Counted from the first letter of the stretch, positions 20,135 through 31,280 are shown. The stretch is DNA of 41,516 bases from Barthelona sp. PAP020 (GCA_040182905.1 JARQWU010000012.1:1-41516); one strand, 5' to 3'. The notes: generated by a model from the letters alone, not told the origin. A program made the numbers and translations.

Positions 20135-21046
20135 ATGGCACCACAAAAACGAATAAAGGGTGTATCTACGAATCGTGGGTTTACCATGAACAAAACTTTG
20201 GGACAACATTTATTGAAGAATGATGGAATTTGCAGAAGAATTGTTGATGCTGCAAGATTAAGAACCACTGACAGGGTTTTAGAAATAGGACCTGGTACAG
20301 GAAATTTAACTCAACACATATTAGCTCAATCTGGTTCTACAACTGTTATAGAATATGATAGTAGAATGATAATTGAATTAGATAAGCGTTTTAAAAATAC
20401 AGAAGATGGTTCTAAATTGAGAATTCTACACGGTGATGCAATTAAAATTCCATTTCCTGAGCGATTTGATGTTTGCATCAGTAATACACCATATCAGATT
20501 TCATCTCCCTTAGTCTTTAAATTATTAAGCCATCGACCTAAATTTAGAATTGCAATCTTGATGTTTCAACGTGAGTTTGCTCAAAGATTGTTGGCAACAC
20601 CTGGTTCTTCAAATTATTCTCGACTTTCAGTTAATGTTCAATTATTGGCTCACGTTAAACATGTTGTTAAAGTGTCTAAGACACATTTCAGACCTCCTCC
20701 TAAGGTTGAATCTGACGTTGTGTCGATTCAATTCAAAGATGAAATACCCGACATTAATTTCAATGAGTGGGATAATATGCTTCGTTTTGCATTTAATTCC
20801 AAAAGTAAGAATTTGAGAAATGGATTCTTGACCAGATCAGCAATAAAGGAATTGGAAGAAAAGCATGCTACATATCGTGCTGTTCATCCAGAAACTGAAG
20901 TTATTGATGATATGAAGAGCAGAATTAACGAATGTTTAGAGGCATCAGGTTATGCTGAAAAGAAGACTAGACATTTGAGTGTTGAAGAATTTTTGGAAAT
21001 TTTAGGTTGTTTTCATGCTTTTGGCATTAGTTTTTCCGGGGAATAA
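20135..21046 (+). CDS. DIM1: 18S rRNA dimethyladenosine transferase
   Basis: GQH.LKN, VLEIGPGTGNLT, NTPYQISSP, MFQREFA.RL, FRPPPKVES. Confidence 0.97.
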   Translation: MAPQKRIKGVSTNRGFTMNKTLGQHLLKNDGICRRIVDAARLRTTDRVLEIGPGTGNLTQHILAQSGSTTVIEYDSRMIIELDKRFKNTEDGSKLRILHGDAIKIPFPERFDVCISNTPYQISSPLVFKLLSHRPKFRIAILMFQREFAQRLLATPGSSNYSRLSVNVQLLAHVKHVVKVSKTHFRPPPKVESDVVSIQFKDEIPDINFNEWDNMLRFAFNSKSKNLRNGFLTRSAIKELEEKHATYRAVHPETEVIDDMKSRINECLEASGYAEKKTRHLSVEEFLEILGCFHAFGISFSGE

Positions 21047-21330
21047 TTTCTTTTTTTTATTTTCATAAATTTTAAAAATATTTATTTTCGTTCTTTTTGT
21101 GAATCAATCAAAATAAAAGTTTTTCAATATGGAATTGAGCTTCTTTTTCGAGTTTTTAACAGCTCACTCGTTTTTCAATGAAAATGACAAAGAAAACGAA
21201 AAAAACCTTGACATTGAATGAAAAGTAGAATTTAAAAGGTTTTAACACATTTCCATCAGTTCTTATTGAATATTTCGAAAATCCTTGGGTGCTTCTTTCA
21301 TTTGTTATTCTTCTTGAAGAATCTCTTCCA

Positions 21331-21605
21331 AAACTTTCCCAAATTAGAGACTGGGAAATCTCGGTTGACAAATAAATAATAAACCTTAATCTTTATTATT
21401 TTTGGTGAATTCAGCCTTCTTGAAAGGACCTCTCTTTTTTGGCACCTACTCTTTTATAGGCTGTCGTAGGAGAGCTATTACCCACATGGGATGTGAAATA
21501 CTGCCTTGCTATTTGCTCAAAAGAGCTTTAAGCTCCAATATTTTCAAAAAGTTCCGTATCTTGAGGAAAAAAGGAAGAATGGGAGAATTTCGATTGCACA
21601 AAAAT
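21331..21605 (+). repeat. Diverged ~300-nt element, copy 1, directly upstream of the 21654 gene
   Basis: Collinear blocks shared with 32753-33095: AAACTTTCC, AATAAACC, ACCTCTC, CTGTC, ATGGGATGTG, AAATACTG, TCAAAAGAGC, AAAGTTYCGTAT, AGGAAAA. Confidence 0.75.
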
Positions 21606-21653
21606 GATAATATTGTGAACAACCCTCATTTTTTGTTTTATTCTTTTTTGATT

Positions 21654-22148
21654 ATGGGATATAACACAATATTTACGGGACATTTTGATGTTACCCCTCA
21701 TGTTGATAATGACACAAAAGAACAATTCAATGGTCTTCAGAAAACCAGAAGAATGACCAGGGATCCGGAAAAATTAGCAAAGATGCTGGGGATTCCTTTG
21801 TCCAAATGCATTGAAAAATATGGTTCAGAAGGTGAATTGTATTTTAATCCTGCAGATTTTGAAAACTATGGACAAACCAGTGATGCAAGTGTTTTGAACT
21901 GCAACACATGTCCTTCAACTCAACCTAGTCTTTGGTTAGGGTGGAAATTGGAAGAGAATAACACTATTGTATGGGATGGAGTGGAAAAGTTTTACCATTA
22001 CGATATGTGGTTAACGTATGTTATTGATGTAATATTGAAACCAAAAGGATATAAAGTCAATGGAGAAGTGATATGGCAGGGTGAATATGATGAGGATAAA
22101 GGAAAATTATCAGTTGTTGATAATATTGTCACAGCAATGAATTTGTAA
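21654..22148 (+). CDS. Hypothetical protein resembling an uncharacterised phage/bacterial family
   Basis: MGY.T.F.G.F, TRRM.RD, YG.EGE, PSTQPSLW..W, WDG.EKFY.Y..WL.Y, GY..NGEV.WQGE. Recalled from prokaryotic/viral hypothetical proteins; not searched. Confidence 0.75.
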   Translation: MGYNTIFTGHFDVTPHVDNDTKEQFNGLQKTRRMTRDPEKLAKMLGIPLSKCIEKYGSEGELYFNPADFENYGQTSDASVLNCNTCPSTQPSLWLGWKLEENNTIVWDGVEKFYHYDMWLTYVIDVILKPKGYKVNGEVIWQGEYDEDKGKLSVVDNIVTAMNL

Positions 22149-22375
22149 AACAATATTCAGATGTGTTAAGGTGTGGACCAAGGAGATTGAAAATGTGGGA
22201 TAAAACTTGATTTACCTCATGATTTTCTGTTTTTTAAAAAGTAGCTGTGACTTTTAATTCTTGTTTAGAAAAGAACATTGAATATTCTCTTGTAAATAAT
22301 CGCATTTCTTTTTTTTTTTGAAACATCAAGTGCAGGCAAAAAAATATTCTCAAACAACAAAGAATTCAAAAACAT

Positions 22376-24010
22376 TTATTCAATTCTAACATTAAAAAAA
22401 CTTACCAACTTATCTGCTGTGGCATGTTCATTTGATAAAAATGGTTTCAATTGCAAACAGAACAGGGTTTGGGAAAATAATCCAACATTTACCGCATGAG
22501 TGAATCCATAATTTTTTTGATAATTCGTTGAACCATCTGCCAAAATTAGATAATCAGGCATTGGTAACAAAGTGAAAATCGCATCATACTGGGGTAAAAT
22601 AGGAGCCAAATCAAAACTGACCGGCAACAAATGACCTTGAGAAATAATTGTGTTTAAAGCAGTTTTAACAATGTCTGTACCACCGAAAGGATCTTTAGAA
22701 CTGGTGTCCACAACTTGAGAATGTAATTCACGAAATATGTTATTTTGATAGAGTGTTGATATTACTGGATATTTGAAGAATAAAAAGGTTTTAGAAAATA
22801 ATCGTATTCTGCAGGGATTTTGACCTAAATGCAGATGCTTAATATTTTTCTTCAAGCTTTCAGTCATAATCCCCGAAAATTGTCTTTGAGGTAGCTGTAA
22901 AGGCCCACTTTCCCCTGGCCCGGGAATAATTAAGAAATGGACCTTCTCATTTACTTGAGAAAATTCTGAAATCATCTTTCCAAGCAAATCAAAAATTCTC
23001 AATAACCTTTGACAGTGTGTCCCATGCTCACCATTACCAATCCCTGCAGTTGACACGAATGGTCCCATTAACACTATCAAAAATGGCATTTGGTTTGGAT
23101 TGTTATTGAGGTATCGCAATATCGAGTCTAAATGTACAAATGAGCGTTCATAATCGAGTGACAGATCGGCCAATACCATAACTGACCGTGTTTCATAATG
23201 TCCTTGATTTTGGTTTAAATTATATCTTTCCCTCTGTTGAATTTCACAGCCAGTAAATAAATCTATGCCGTTAATGTTCAAAAATGGCTTTATATCCCCA
23301 ACCATATGAAGGGGTTGTGTAGGAACTTCGAAATCAAATATGTTATGTACTATGAGTTGTTTGTCATAGTAACTAACTTCAATAAACAAGTAGCATCCTT
23401 CAACAACAAAAAAGTTGGGGAGTCGTTTCTTATTCAGTATTTCTGAAGACATTTTACATCTAATTGTGGTGGAAGGATCTTCCAAATATAATACGCCATC
23501 GTAATCAAGTCTAAAATACCCAAATGAGTACACATTTTGCTGTCGATTGATAACCTCGTTCAAGGGAACTAAAGTGTAGTTTACATTCATTTGGTTATGT
23601 TCAGAATGTACCAATCTTCTCTTTAATAAGTGGTATCTTTCCCTTAAAGCAATTTGATAATCAATAGGCTGTGAGATATAACTCTTTTCAGTTTTTTCTT
23701 CTTCTTTCATACGATATTCAAACAAACTATTGTCATATTGTATGCCTTTATATTTGAAGGCATCAACCAAAATAATAAACTCTGAATTTTCGCTATTGTT
23801 ACCAGAAGATTTAAAAGCTTTGTCTAAAATATTCTTACTTATTATATTGGTATTGATTCCATCTCCTTTGATGATTTGAATGATTTGTTGAATTTCAGAA
23901 TCAATGGAGGTTGAATTTAATAACAATTCTTCAATCATTAATAAAGCATCTTTTGCCAGTCGAAATCCATGAGAATGAAATAATTTAATGATTTTTCCCC
24001 GTTTGTTCAT
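22376..24010 (-). CDS. POLE2: DNA polymerase epsilon subunit B (Dpb2)
   Basis: RERY.LL..RL, LYLEDP, VL.DL.LD, LMGPF, IPGP.E..LPQ, NPCRI, TIISQGHL.P, P.PD.LILAD. Confidence 0.92.
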   Translation of the reverse strand: MNKRGKIIKLFHSHGFRLAKDALLMIEELLLNSTSIDSEIQQIIQIIKGDGINTNIISKNILDKAFKSSGNNSENSEFIILVDAFKYKGIQYDNSLFEYRMKEEEKTEKSYISQPIDYQIALRERYHLLKRRLVHSEHNQMNVNYTLVPLNEVINRQQNVYSFGYFRLDYDGVLYLEDPSTTIRCKMSSEILNKKRLPNFFVVEGCYLFIEVSYYDKQLIVHNIFDFEVPTQPLHMVGDIKPFLNINGIDLFTGCEIQQRERYNLNQNQGHYETRSVMVLADLSLDYERSFVHLDSILRYLNNNPNQMPFLIVLMGPFVSTAGIGNGEHGTHCQRLLRIFDLLGKMISEFSQVNEKVHFLIIPGPGESGPLQLPQRQFSGIMTESLKKNIKHLHLGQNPCRIRLFSKTFLFFKYPVISTLYQNNIFRELHSQVVDTSSKDPFGGTDIVKTALNTIISQGHLLPVSFDLAPILPQYDAIFTLLPMPDYLILADGSTNYQKNYGFTHAVNVGLFSQTLFCLQLKPFLSNEHATADKLVSFFNVRIE

Positions 24011-24106
24011 TTTTTAATTCATCATAGACAACAATAAAATTATATCAGATAAACAATAAAAATTATTTTTTTCTACTCCCTTTTTGTTTTTTTATTCATC
24101 AAATAC

Positions 24107-25924
24107 ATGAAGGTTTCATCAAATATATTAGAATCTTTAGTGAACGAAAAAAAAACACCAAAAGATTCGGAAAATGTGATAATATTGAGTATTTTATCAA
24201 TCCAAAACGCAAAGAATCCATTAACCAAAAAGTCTGGCTTTATTTTAACATTATCTGATGATATACATAAATGTTTAATGTTTATAACCAATGAAAATGA
24301 AAATGAATTTTGTATTGGATCTGCTTTACAGTTAATTTCGATTAATTTTGACGCTAAAGATGATATTCCAGAAATAATTGATTATAAAATCATTGATAAT
24401 TGTAGTATACCTCAACCCATCAATTGGATTGGACCTTCTACTTGTAAGAAATATTTGGATGGTTCATCTCCTTTAAGAATTCGAACTCCAAGATCTTTTC
24501 AAGAGGAGTCACATTGGAAAGTTGAAGACTTATCAAAAGAAGATCGATATATGCAGGCAATTGACAGAGACGATATCTTTCAAAACAAAGATAATGAAAG
24601 TTCTTCGACATTTACAAACAATGATGAAAAACCCTTATCTCTTGTACCGTTGTCTAAAGAGATTATAGACTTGACTCCAAAAGTGGTTAAGAATTTTGAT
24701 GATAGTGGAAATCATCCCCCACTGAGATCATATTATGATTCTATTCAAAGAACTCCCACTCAGATTGATGCTTTACCTCTTTGTTCACCAAAATCGCAGC
24801 TTTCACAGATTAATTTTTCAAAGGAGGAATTATTTGAGATGTCACCATTGAACGAAAAATCTGCCTTGATGACTTTTCCCAATCAAAAGGTTCCCAGGAA
24901 CAATTCTAGTTATTATGAGAAATTGAATGAGTTGGAGAAAGAAACCCCAAATAAGTGGTCATCGTTTCGACAAGTGTCTTCTAATTTTAACTCAGAGGGG
25001 TTTGAAGGGATTTTGGATGAAAACAAGCAGAATAATCAGAATAAGAGTTACAATGAAAGTGAAAATAAGAGAAACTCTGAGTTTAAGGAAGAAACTGGTA
25101 ATTTACCCGTGACAACCTCGACTTCTAGCATTGCATTTGATTTTCTTGATGAAAATAAAATTGATAGACCTGGAGGATTTAATTTAAGGAGTGTTAACTC
25201 CAACCACACAACTTCTAATTTTGTACAGCCAAATTTTGGGTATAATACACCTTCGAAACCCATTTTCATAAATTCAAACACGACATCAAAACGTCAAAAG
25301 TTTTTGTCTCTTGTTCAATCCCAAGATTTTCAAACTGATTATGCAGGATTAAGACAGCAAGTTTTGAACGAGGGTTTTTCGGTCACTGATCAAATTAGCG
25401 TTTTAGAAGCGCGTCAAAGTTATTTATTGGCATTTGTTGAAATCATTGATGAATTCAATCGTTTAAAAAATTTGTGTTGTTCAAATGGTTTTGAGTGTAT
25501 TTTAAAGTTGCCTGCTTTTTTCCGAAATGTTAAATTTGTAATGGACTCGAAAAAATTTGATACAAATACACTTATAGATCTGTATAAACCCTCAAAACCA
25601 GGTAGAAAACGTGTAGCCATTGTAAAGACGTCATTATCTAATATTGATGATAGTGAGTCAATTTTTGATGATCCTTTGAAGCAATTTGATGTTTTATTGA
25701 AAGATTTGGTTGATTGGTGTAAGAATATGTTACATTCTCAACTAAAAAGTCCATCGAATCTTGTTAGATCGTACTGTGCTCATAAATGTTGTGATGGTCG
25801 TGCAAATCGTCTGATTCAACTTATAAATGATTTAAGAAATATTGAGCCGAAAATTATCGATGATTTCATCAATGAAAAATTTGATGAATGTGTATTTTTA
25901 GCGAGTAGACAGTTTTTGAAGTGA
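24107..25924 (+). CDS. Protein with a putative N-terminal OB fold, disordered middle and helical C-terminus
   Basis: 605-aa ORF; FILTLSDDIHKCLMFI...IGSALQL resembles RPA70N/TPP1-type OB strands. Confidence 0.7.
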   Translation: MKVSSNILESLVNEKKTPKDSENVIILSILSIQNAKNPLTKKSGFILTLSDDIHKCLMFITNENENEFCIGSALQLISINFDAKDDIPEIIDYKIIDNCSIPQPINWIGPSTCKKYLDGSSPLRIRTPRSFQEESHWKVEDLSKEDRYMQAIDRDDIFQNKDNESSSTFTNNDEKPLSLVPLSKEIIDLTPKVVKNFDDSGNHPPLRSYYDSIQRTPTQIDALPLCSPKSQLSQINFSKEELFEMSPLNEKSALMTFPNQKVPRNNSSYYEKLNELEKETPNKWSSFRQVSSNFNSEGFEGILDENKQNNQNKSYNESENKRNSEFKEETGNLPVTTSTSSIAFDFLDENKIDRPGGFNLRSVNSNHTTSNFVQPNFGYNTPSKPIFINSNTTSKRQKFLSLVQSQDFQTDYAGLRQQVLNEGFSVTDQISVLEARQSYLLAFVEIIDEFNRLKNLCCSNGFECILKLPAFFRNVKFVMDSKKFDTNTLIDLYKPSKPGRKRVAIVKTSLSNIDDSESIFDDPLKQFDVLLKDLVDWCKNMLHSQLKSPSNLVRSYCAHKCCDGRANRLIQLINDLRNIEPKIIDDFINEKFDECVFLASRQFLK

Positions 25925-26329
25925 TTTGAATACTTTCTGTTGATTATTCTTTCGATAACTGTTTCATTGCTTTGACATTTCGACACATCTTCTTTGAATG
26001 ATCTTTATTTCAAGTGTTTTGGGAGAGATTTCACATATTCGTTTGTTACATACCAGGAGAAGTCATTTTTAAGCACACTACAATGATATTTATTGATGGT
26101 TATTCCTACAAAGATATTTGAGGACAGTGCCTTCATCCTGTATTATAAGTCAATAACAGGTTTTCAATTTTAATGCTGAAAGATCAATTTATTTTTGTTT
26201 TTGTTAGGAGAATAGAAAGGATGGGAGAAGTCTTCTTTTATTCGTGATAAGAAAAAACTTTCTTTCTAGTTTGAGGAATTTTTGATATTTTTTTTGTTTT
26301 TTAATGAATAAATAGCGGTTAAAATAGCA

Positions 26330-26530
26330 AATTCTTTTGTTTATTTCAAAATTCAAGAATCTTTGAAGAACCAATTCCAGCAAATCATTTGACAAAGGAA
26401 CAGGAGTTTGGTTGGAGTTGTTTATGAAGTAAAGCCCAATATTTGAACATTATCAATTTCCCTCACAACCAGTTGGCATCATTGGCTTCAACAAAGTTGA
26501 AAGCCCATAATATAAATCAAAGGGTATTGT
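26330..26530 (-). pseudogene. Possible decayed coding fragment
   Basis: Frame IPFDLYYGLSTLLKPMMPTGCEGN**CSNIGLYFINN...LLELVLQRF is broken by tandem stops. Confidence 0.25.
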
Positions 26531-26774
26531 TAACTTTATTTGGTTTAAAACAATGTGTAGAACAAGAGAAAAAAAAAAGAAACAATTTTACCTGCTTGAA
26601 AAAACAATTCTCAACTGTTGAAAAAATGCACACACACCATGTTGAAGAGAAAAAAAAACGAGTACACATTGTGGATTAATTAATGAAAAAGTATCTGAAA
26701 CAATGGAAATAGGCTCAACACTTCAAAATCAAAAAATGCATCATTTTTGTTTCATTTTTATTGAACCAAAACTT

Positions 26775-29700
26775 TTACAGGGTTGTTTTTTTTACAGAAG
26801 CCTTTAAAATAGGAGACTTCTTTTTCTTTTCAACCAATGGAGTGAAAGCATGCTCATTTTGCAAATTTTCTTGACACCAATCAAGCAAAAAGTCAGTTTG
26901 TTTAAAAAAACCACTAATTTTTTCGTTTTTAGAACTAAATAACTCTTCATCATTAGTGTGAAGCAGCTTTTCAAACAATAACAAACACAAATCAAGAACT
27001 ACATTGCTTTCGACGATTTTGAATTCAAAAATTTCATCAATACCAACAACTGTTTCACAAGCTTCAAATGTTTGAAGTGTTTCAATATTCTTGTATATGT
27101 TGACAAATGCTTCAAGGAGAAGATTATTGAAAGGATTCAGAGGGCACCAAATAGCTTGGATTCCAGATTTTAAATCCGAAATAAAAAGCTCTACAGCTGA
27201 GTTGACTTCTCCAATAATTTGGTCATCGGTTAAGTTTACACAGAAGTATTTGCTACTGAGACCAAAAAGATATTTTAGCAATTTGAATTTAGATTTAGCA
27301 AAATTTGGCAGTTCGTTTAAGTCTTTTCGTTTCCAATCATTAAGTTTTCCAATTATTCTAAGAGCATTTTGAAACATACTGTTAAAAGAATGAACAACTT
27401 TAGAGGAATCTTCAGAAAACGTGAGGAAAATACGTTTCAACAAATCCAACCTAGCCAAATCGTTCACTACAAGCGATCCTAATTTGGATAAATTCGTGTA
27501 ATCTTCCAAGCATATCTCATCCATGAAATCATTGCACTGAAATCCTCCATTGATCAATTTTGATTCCTTTATTTCCAGCAATTTTCTAAGAAAATCATAA
27601 ATTAAAATAAGCCCCTCATCCAAAGCATAAGTAACTTCATCCATCGTAAAATCAAAACCTTCTTCACATAAAAACTTAACTAAATCTAAATTTCTTGTGT
27701 CAATAGCCTTTTTGAAAACACCAGTGTCAACTAAAATTCCATTAAAGACTAAGTCTTTAATTAATTGAACATTGTAACCGAAATTTAAAATGTTTTCCCG
27801 ATCAAATGCATACATCAAAGCATTATTTCCTTCATTGTCAGATATATTGATATCAATTTTTGTTTGTAACAACTCATTTAAATTAACTTTCACATTATTT
27901 TTTATTGAATATAGCAGAGGGGTTAATCCATGGTCATTTTTTGTGTTAATGGTTATGTTATTTGAGGACAATTGATTATCTTTATTTAGATATCGTAAAA
28001 TTTGAATATTGTCCAAATAATAATGAAATATGCTATTTCCATCCTTTGGATTTCGATATTGAAGATTTCCATCATATTTCAACAAGGTTTTCATAACATG
28101 TAGACTTTTACATGAAAATAGAGGATACATTCCATCCTTACTATATTTAGACAATTGATTGCAATCCAAATCAAGAATCACGTCAACTAACACTGAATTA
28201 TCATTCGAAATTGCTAAGAATAATACACTTTCATCATTATCATTCAAACTTTCTAAAAGATTTGAATTTATTGAATATAATTCATTGAACAAATGTATCA
28301 TTGTGTTATCATTTGGAAATCGACATTGCATCAACCAATGTAGAGCATTATTACCGGCATAATCAGAAATTGAACTGTCCAAATCATTGGTTGTATGAAA
28401 AATCAAAAGATTTTCAAAATTTTGCAAGAGCTTAGAAGTTGCAATTTCAATCTCTTCTTCGTATTCTTCATCAACAATCTGTCTCTTCTTTAAGAGTATG
28501 TCAACTCTGCTATATGTTCTGATTGCAGAAATTAACGGTGTAAATCCTTGATTATTTTGAATGTTGATCAATAATTTAAGATCAAGAGGACTTGAAGTAT
28601 ATAAATATTCAAGAACCTTATCATTATTGCTTTGAATTGCAAAATGTAACACAGTATTTCCAGTATGTTTGTCAATAATATCACTACAATCGAAATAGTT
28701 CAGCAAATAATCCAATCTTCTAACAAAATGTCTTTGAATTTCAAATTTGATTGAGTCAAAAACCATTTTTTTGCTAAATTGCGGACTCTTCACTAAAATA
28801 TCAAAAGTAGCTTTCAAACTATCCCCAAAATCATCTTCAAACATTGCAGCAGAAAATACATTGTATGGTTGACGTTCAATATCAATAGAACCATTCTCAT
28901 CATCCCTATATTCAAACAAAAAATATTCAATTATCTTGATATTATGTCTTCTGAGTGCTTCAATCAATGGTGAATTTCGAGAATGTTTATTTGCATGCAC
29001 TTTAGCTCCTCTTTTAATCAACTCTTTCAACATTTGAAAATCATTCAACTTTACTGATTCAATTAAAGGAGTTGTGTTATGAATTTGAGCGTTAAGATCA
29101 AAGTTGTACTTACTCAAAGTATCAACCATTTCTAAACTTCTCGATCGTACAGCGCTTAACATAAAATAACCATTTTTAAATGATTGTTCCATGTTGACTT
29201 TGTTTTTTGAATCTTTCTGGGTATTTTCACTTGGGGAAAACTCGATCTTTGTACGCATTTTTTTTGTTGATTTTATTCTACCAGTATTCACTGAAGCAAC
29301 ATACTTGTCAAAATGTTTCATGAAAAAATCAACATCTCCTGACAAAATCACATTGTTCATAAATTCTTCAGTCATTAAACTTGGATCACGTTCAATTAAG
29401 TAATCAACAATTTCACTAAAACCATTTTTTGCAGCACAATCAAGAGGATAACCCATAGAATAATCCTTAACTCTTGGATTACACGAATACTTCTCAATCA
29501 GTAATTTAACCATTTTAAACTTCCCTTCCAAACACGCTGTATGCAGAGGAGATTCCCCATATTTTTGAGCAACAACTAAAAATGGATTAAAGTTAAATTC
29601 ATCAAATATTTTCAAAAGATTGAACATTTCTTGAGTGACAATGTATTTTTGACTGGTCATGTTCAAATTTTTTATGCGTTTTCTCTTTAAAAGAAAGCAA

Positions 29701-30869
29701 ATTGCTTCTTCCCATCCATCAACAATTAGCATATGCATCAAATCTTTGATCTTTTCAACTCTTTCAATATTATCAACGAGCATCTCTAAGATTTCATGAT
29801 TCTTCTTCAATAAAACATATTCAATCAATGGATCAAAGTTTGAAGAAGGTGTGGGATCACAACCAAAATGGAATAACAACCGTATCACATCCTCATTACC
29901 ACTGTTGATGGCAAATTTAAACAATGGCTTTTTACAATGAATAAGATCATAAGGCCCATAGTATTCAATCAATCTGTTACAACTGACAACATCACCCAAA
30001 TCCAAAGCAAGTGCAAAGCAAACCAGAGCATCTTCCAAAAATCTCAGATTCATTTTGTTCTCCCAACACTGTTGCATGTAAAAACCGACAAGGTCTTGAT
30101 GCTTATGCTTAATAGAATAATACAACATGTTTTGTCCGTTAAATCTACAGTTAATGTCACAATTGTGCTGGAGCAAAAGTTTGATCACATCACACTTTCC
30201 ATAAACAGTTGCAATAAACACACAACTTAGCTCATTTTTACTGACATGTGTAGGATTACATCCTTTGTCAATCAGGTATTGTACACATTCAACATTCGTT
30301 TCAGAAGCTTGATTCAACAAAGATATACTATTATTGTCGCAATAATCACTTGGTAATCCATATTTAAAGAACAATTCAAGCATTGGTATATTTGCCTGTT
30401 TGGCAGCAATAAAAGGACAAGCATATTTGGTATCAAACGACAAAAAGTCTATTCCTTTTTTGAGAAGCGCTTCAACAATTTCAACATTCCCTAAACGACA
30501 CGCTAGTGTTAATGCATTATCAGAAGTGGGATTTTCATAGATATTTTTTTCAATTGCTTTAATATCCAGTTTTTCAATCAATTCAAGAGCTTGATTTGTA
30601 TTATTTGACTCAATGGCTTTCCCCAGCTCATCATAATTACACACATTCACAATTGATGGATATTCTTTCGATATTTCTTTTAAAATATCTTCAAGCATCA
30701 CATTCTTTCTTAAATCATCTTTCTTAAGAGGTTTTTTTGAAATGGGACAACAACGGTTTTTTCTTATCCATTCTTCCAAAAATATCTTTGAGAATGTGAA
30801 TCCCAAGTTCGTAGTAACCGGATCCCACAATATTCGTTTCGTTAAAGTATCAGCAAGTAATTCTTTCAT
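26775..30869 (-). CDS. U-box plus multi-ankyrin-repeat protein (putative E3 ligase)
   Basis: N-terminal DTLTKRILWDPV...GFTF....LEEW....CPISKKPL....L..N..L, then many ankyrin motifs (GESPLHTAC, TTPLIESV, GNTVLHFAI, GFTPLISAI, GLTPLLYSI, GNNALMYA). Confidence 0.9.
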   Translation of the reverse strand: MKELLADTLTKRILWDPVTTNLGFTFSKIFLEEWIRKNRCCPISKKPLKKDDLRKNVMLEDILKEISKEYPSIVNVCNYDELGKAIESNNTNQALELIEKLDIKAIEKNIYENPTSDNALTLACRLGNVEIVEALLKKGIDFLSFDTKYACPFIAAKQANIPMLELFFKYGLPSDYCDNNSISLLNQASETNVECVQYLIDKGCNPTHVSKNELSCVFIATVYGKCDVIKLLLQHNCDINCRFNGQNMLYYSIKHKHQDLVGFYMQQCWENKMNLRFLEDALVCFALALDLGDVVSCNRLIEYYGPYDLIHCKKPLFKFAINSGNEDVIRLLFHFGCDPTPSSNFDPLIEYVLLKKNHEILEMLVDNIERVEKIKDLMHMLIVDGWEEAICFLLKRKRIKNLNMTSQKYIVTQEMFNLLKIFDEFNFNPFLVVAQKYGESPLHTACLEGKFKMVKLLIEKYSCNPRVKDYSMGYPLDCAAKNGFSEIVDYLIERDPSLMTEEFMNNVILSGDVDFFMKHFDKYVASVNTGRIKSTKKMRTKIEFSPSENTQKDSKNKVNMEQSFKNGYFMLSAVRSRSLEMVDTLSKYNFDLNAQIHNTTPLIESVKLNDFQMLKELIKRGAKVHANKHSRNSPLIEALRRHNIKIIEYFLFEYRDDENGSIDIERQPYNVFSAAMFEDDFGDSLKATFDILVKSPQFSKKMVFDSIKFEIQRHFVRRLDYLLNYFDCSDIIDKHTGNTVLHFAIQSNNDKVLEYLYTSSPLDLKLLINIQNNQGFTPLISAIRTYSRVDILLKKRQIVDEEYEEEIEIATSKLLQNFENLLIFHTTNDLDSSISDYAGNNALHWLMQCRFPNDNTMIHLFNELYSINSNLLESLNDNDESVLFLAISNDNSVLVDVILDLDCNQLSKYSKDGMYPLFSCKSLHVMKTLLKYDGNLQYRNPKDGNSIFHYYLDNIQILRYLNKDNQLSSNNITINTKNDHGLTPLLYSIKNNVKVNLNELLQTKIDINISDNEGNNALMYAFDRENILNFGYNVQLIKDLVFNGILVDTGVFKKAIDTRNLDLVKFLCEEGFDFTMDEVTYALDEGLILIYDFLRKLLEIKESKLINGGFQCNDFMDEICLEDYTNLSKLGSLVVNDLARLDLLKRIFLTFSEDSSKVVHSFNSMFQNALRIIGKLNDWKRKDLNELPNFAKSKFKLLKYLFGLSSKYFCVNLTDDQIIGEVNSAVELFISDLKSGIQAIWCPLNPFNNLLLEAFVNIYKNIETLQTFEACETVVGIDEIFEFKIVESNVVLDLCLLLFEKLLHTNDEELFSSKNEKISGFFKQTDFLLDWCQENLQNEHAFTPLVEKKKKSPILKASVKKTTL

Positions 30870-31280
30870 TACATTCTTTTTCAATCTTCAATTTAGGATT
30901 CTCAAAATTTCTTTGATAATCATTTTTTGAAATCGAGTATAAAACAATGTTGTTCACATCTTAATTTTCTAAGATTTTGAATGAACAAAACGTTTGAAAA
31001 GAATTTTGCTTTGAAATCAGTATTTTAAAATCTTCCTTATCAAACGTCAATATGAGGATTTGGACAAATAATATGGAATTTAAAAGTTTGAGCCTTCTCT
31101 TAATTTGTTCAATTGGAAGTCTTTCCATCAATTTTATAAATATTGTTACATTTGTGTGCAATAAATAATAAAAATACGTTTATAAAGATTATATAATGAA
31201 AAATATTTTTCTCTTTGCTTTTGCTCCAATTTTTGATTCCTTTCTTTTGAAAGTCTCTTTTGATCAAAAGTAAAATGAAT

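Noticed and set aside
21402..21653. N-terminal extension of the 21402-22148 ORF
   Set aside because: Starts at a non-ATG codon and runs through the non-coding repeat. The family-like sequence begins at ATG 21654 after a T-tract.
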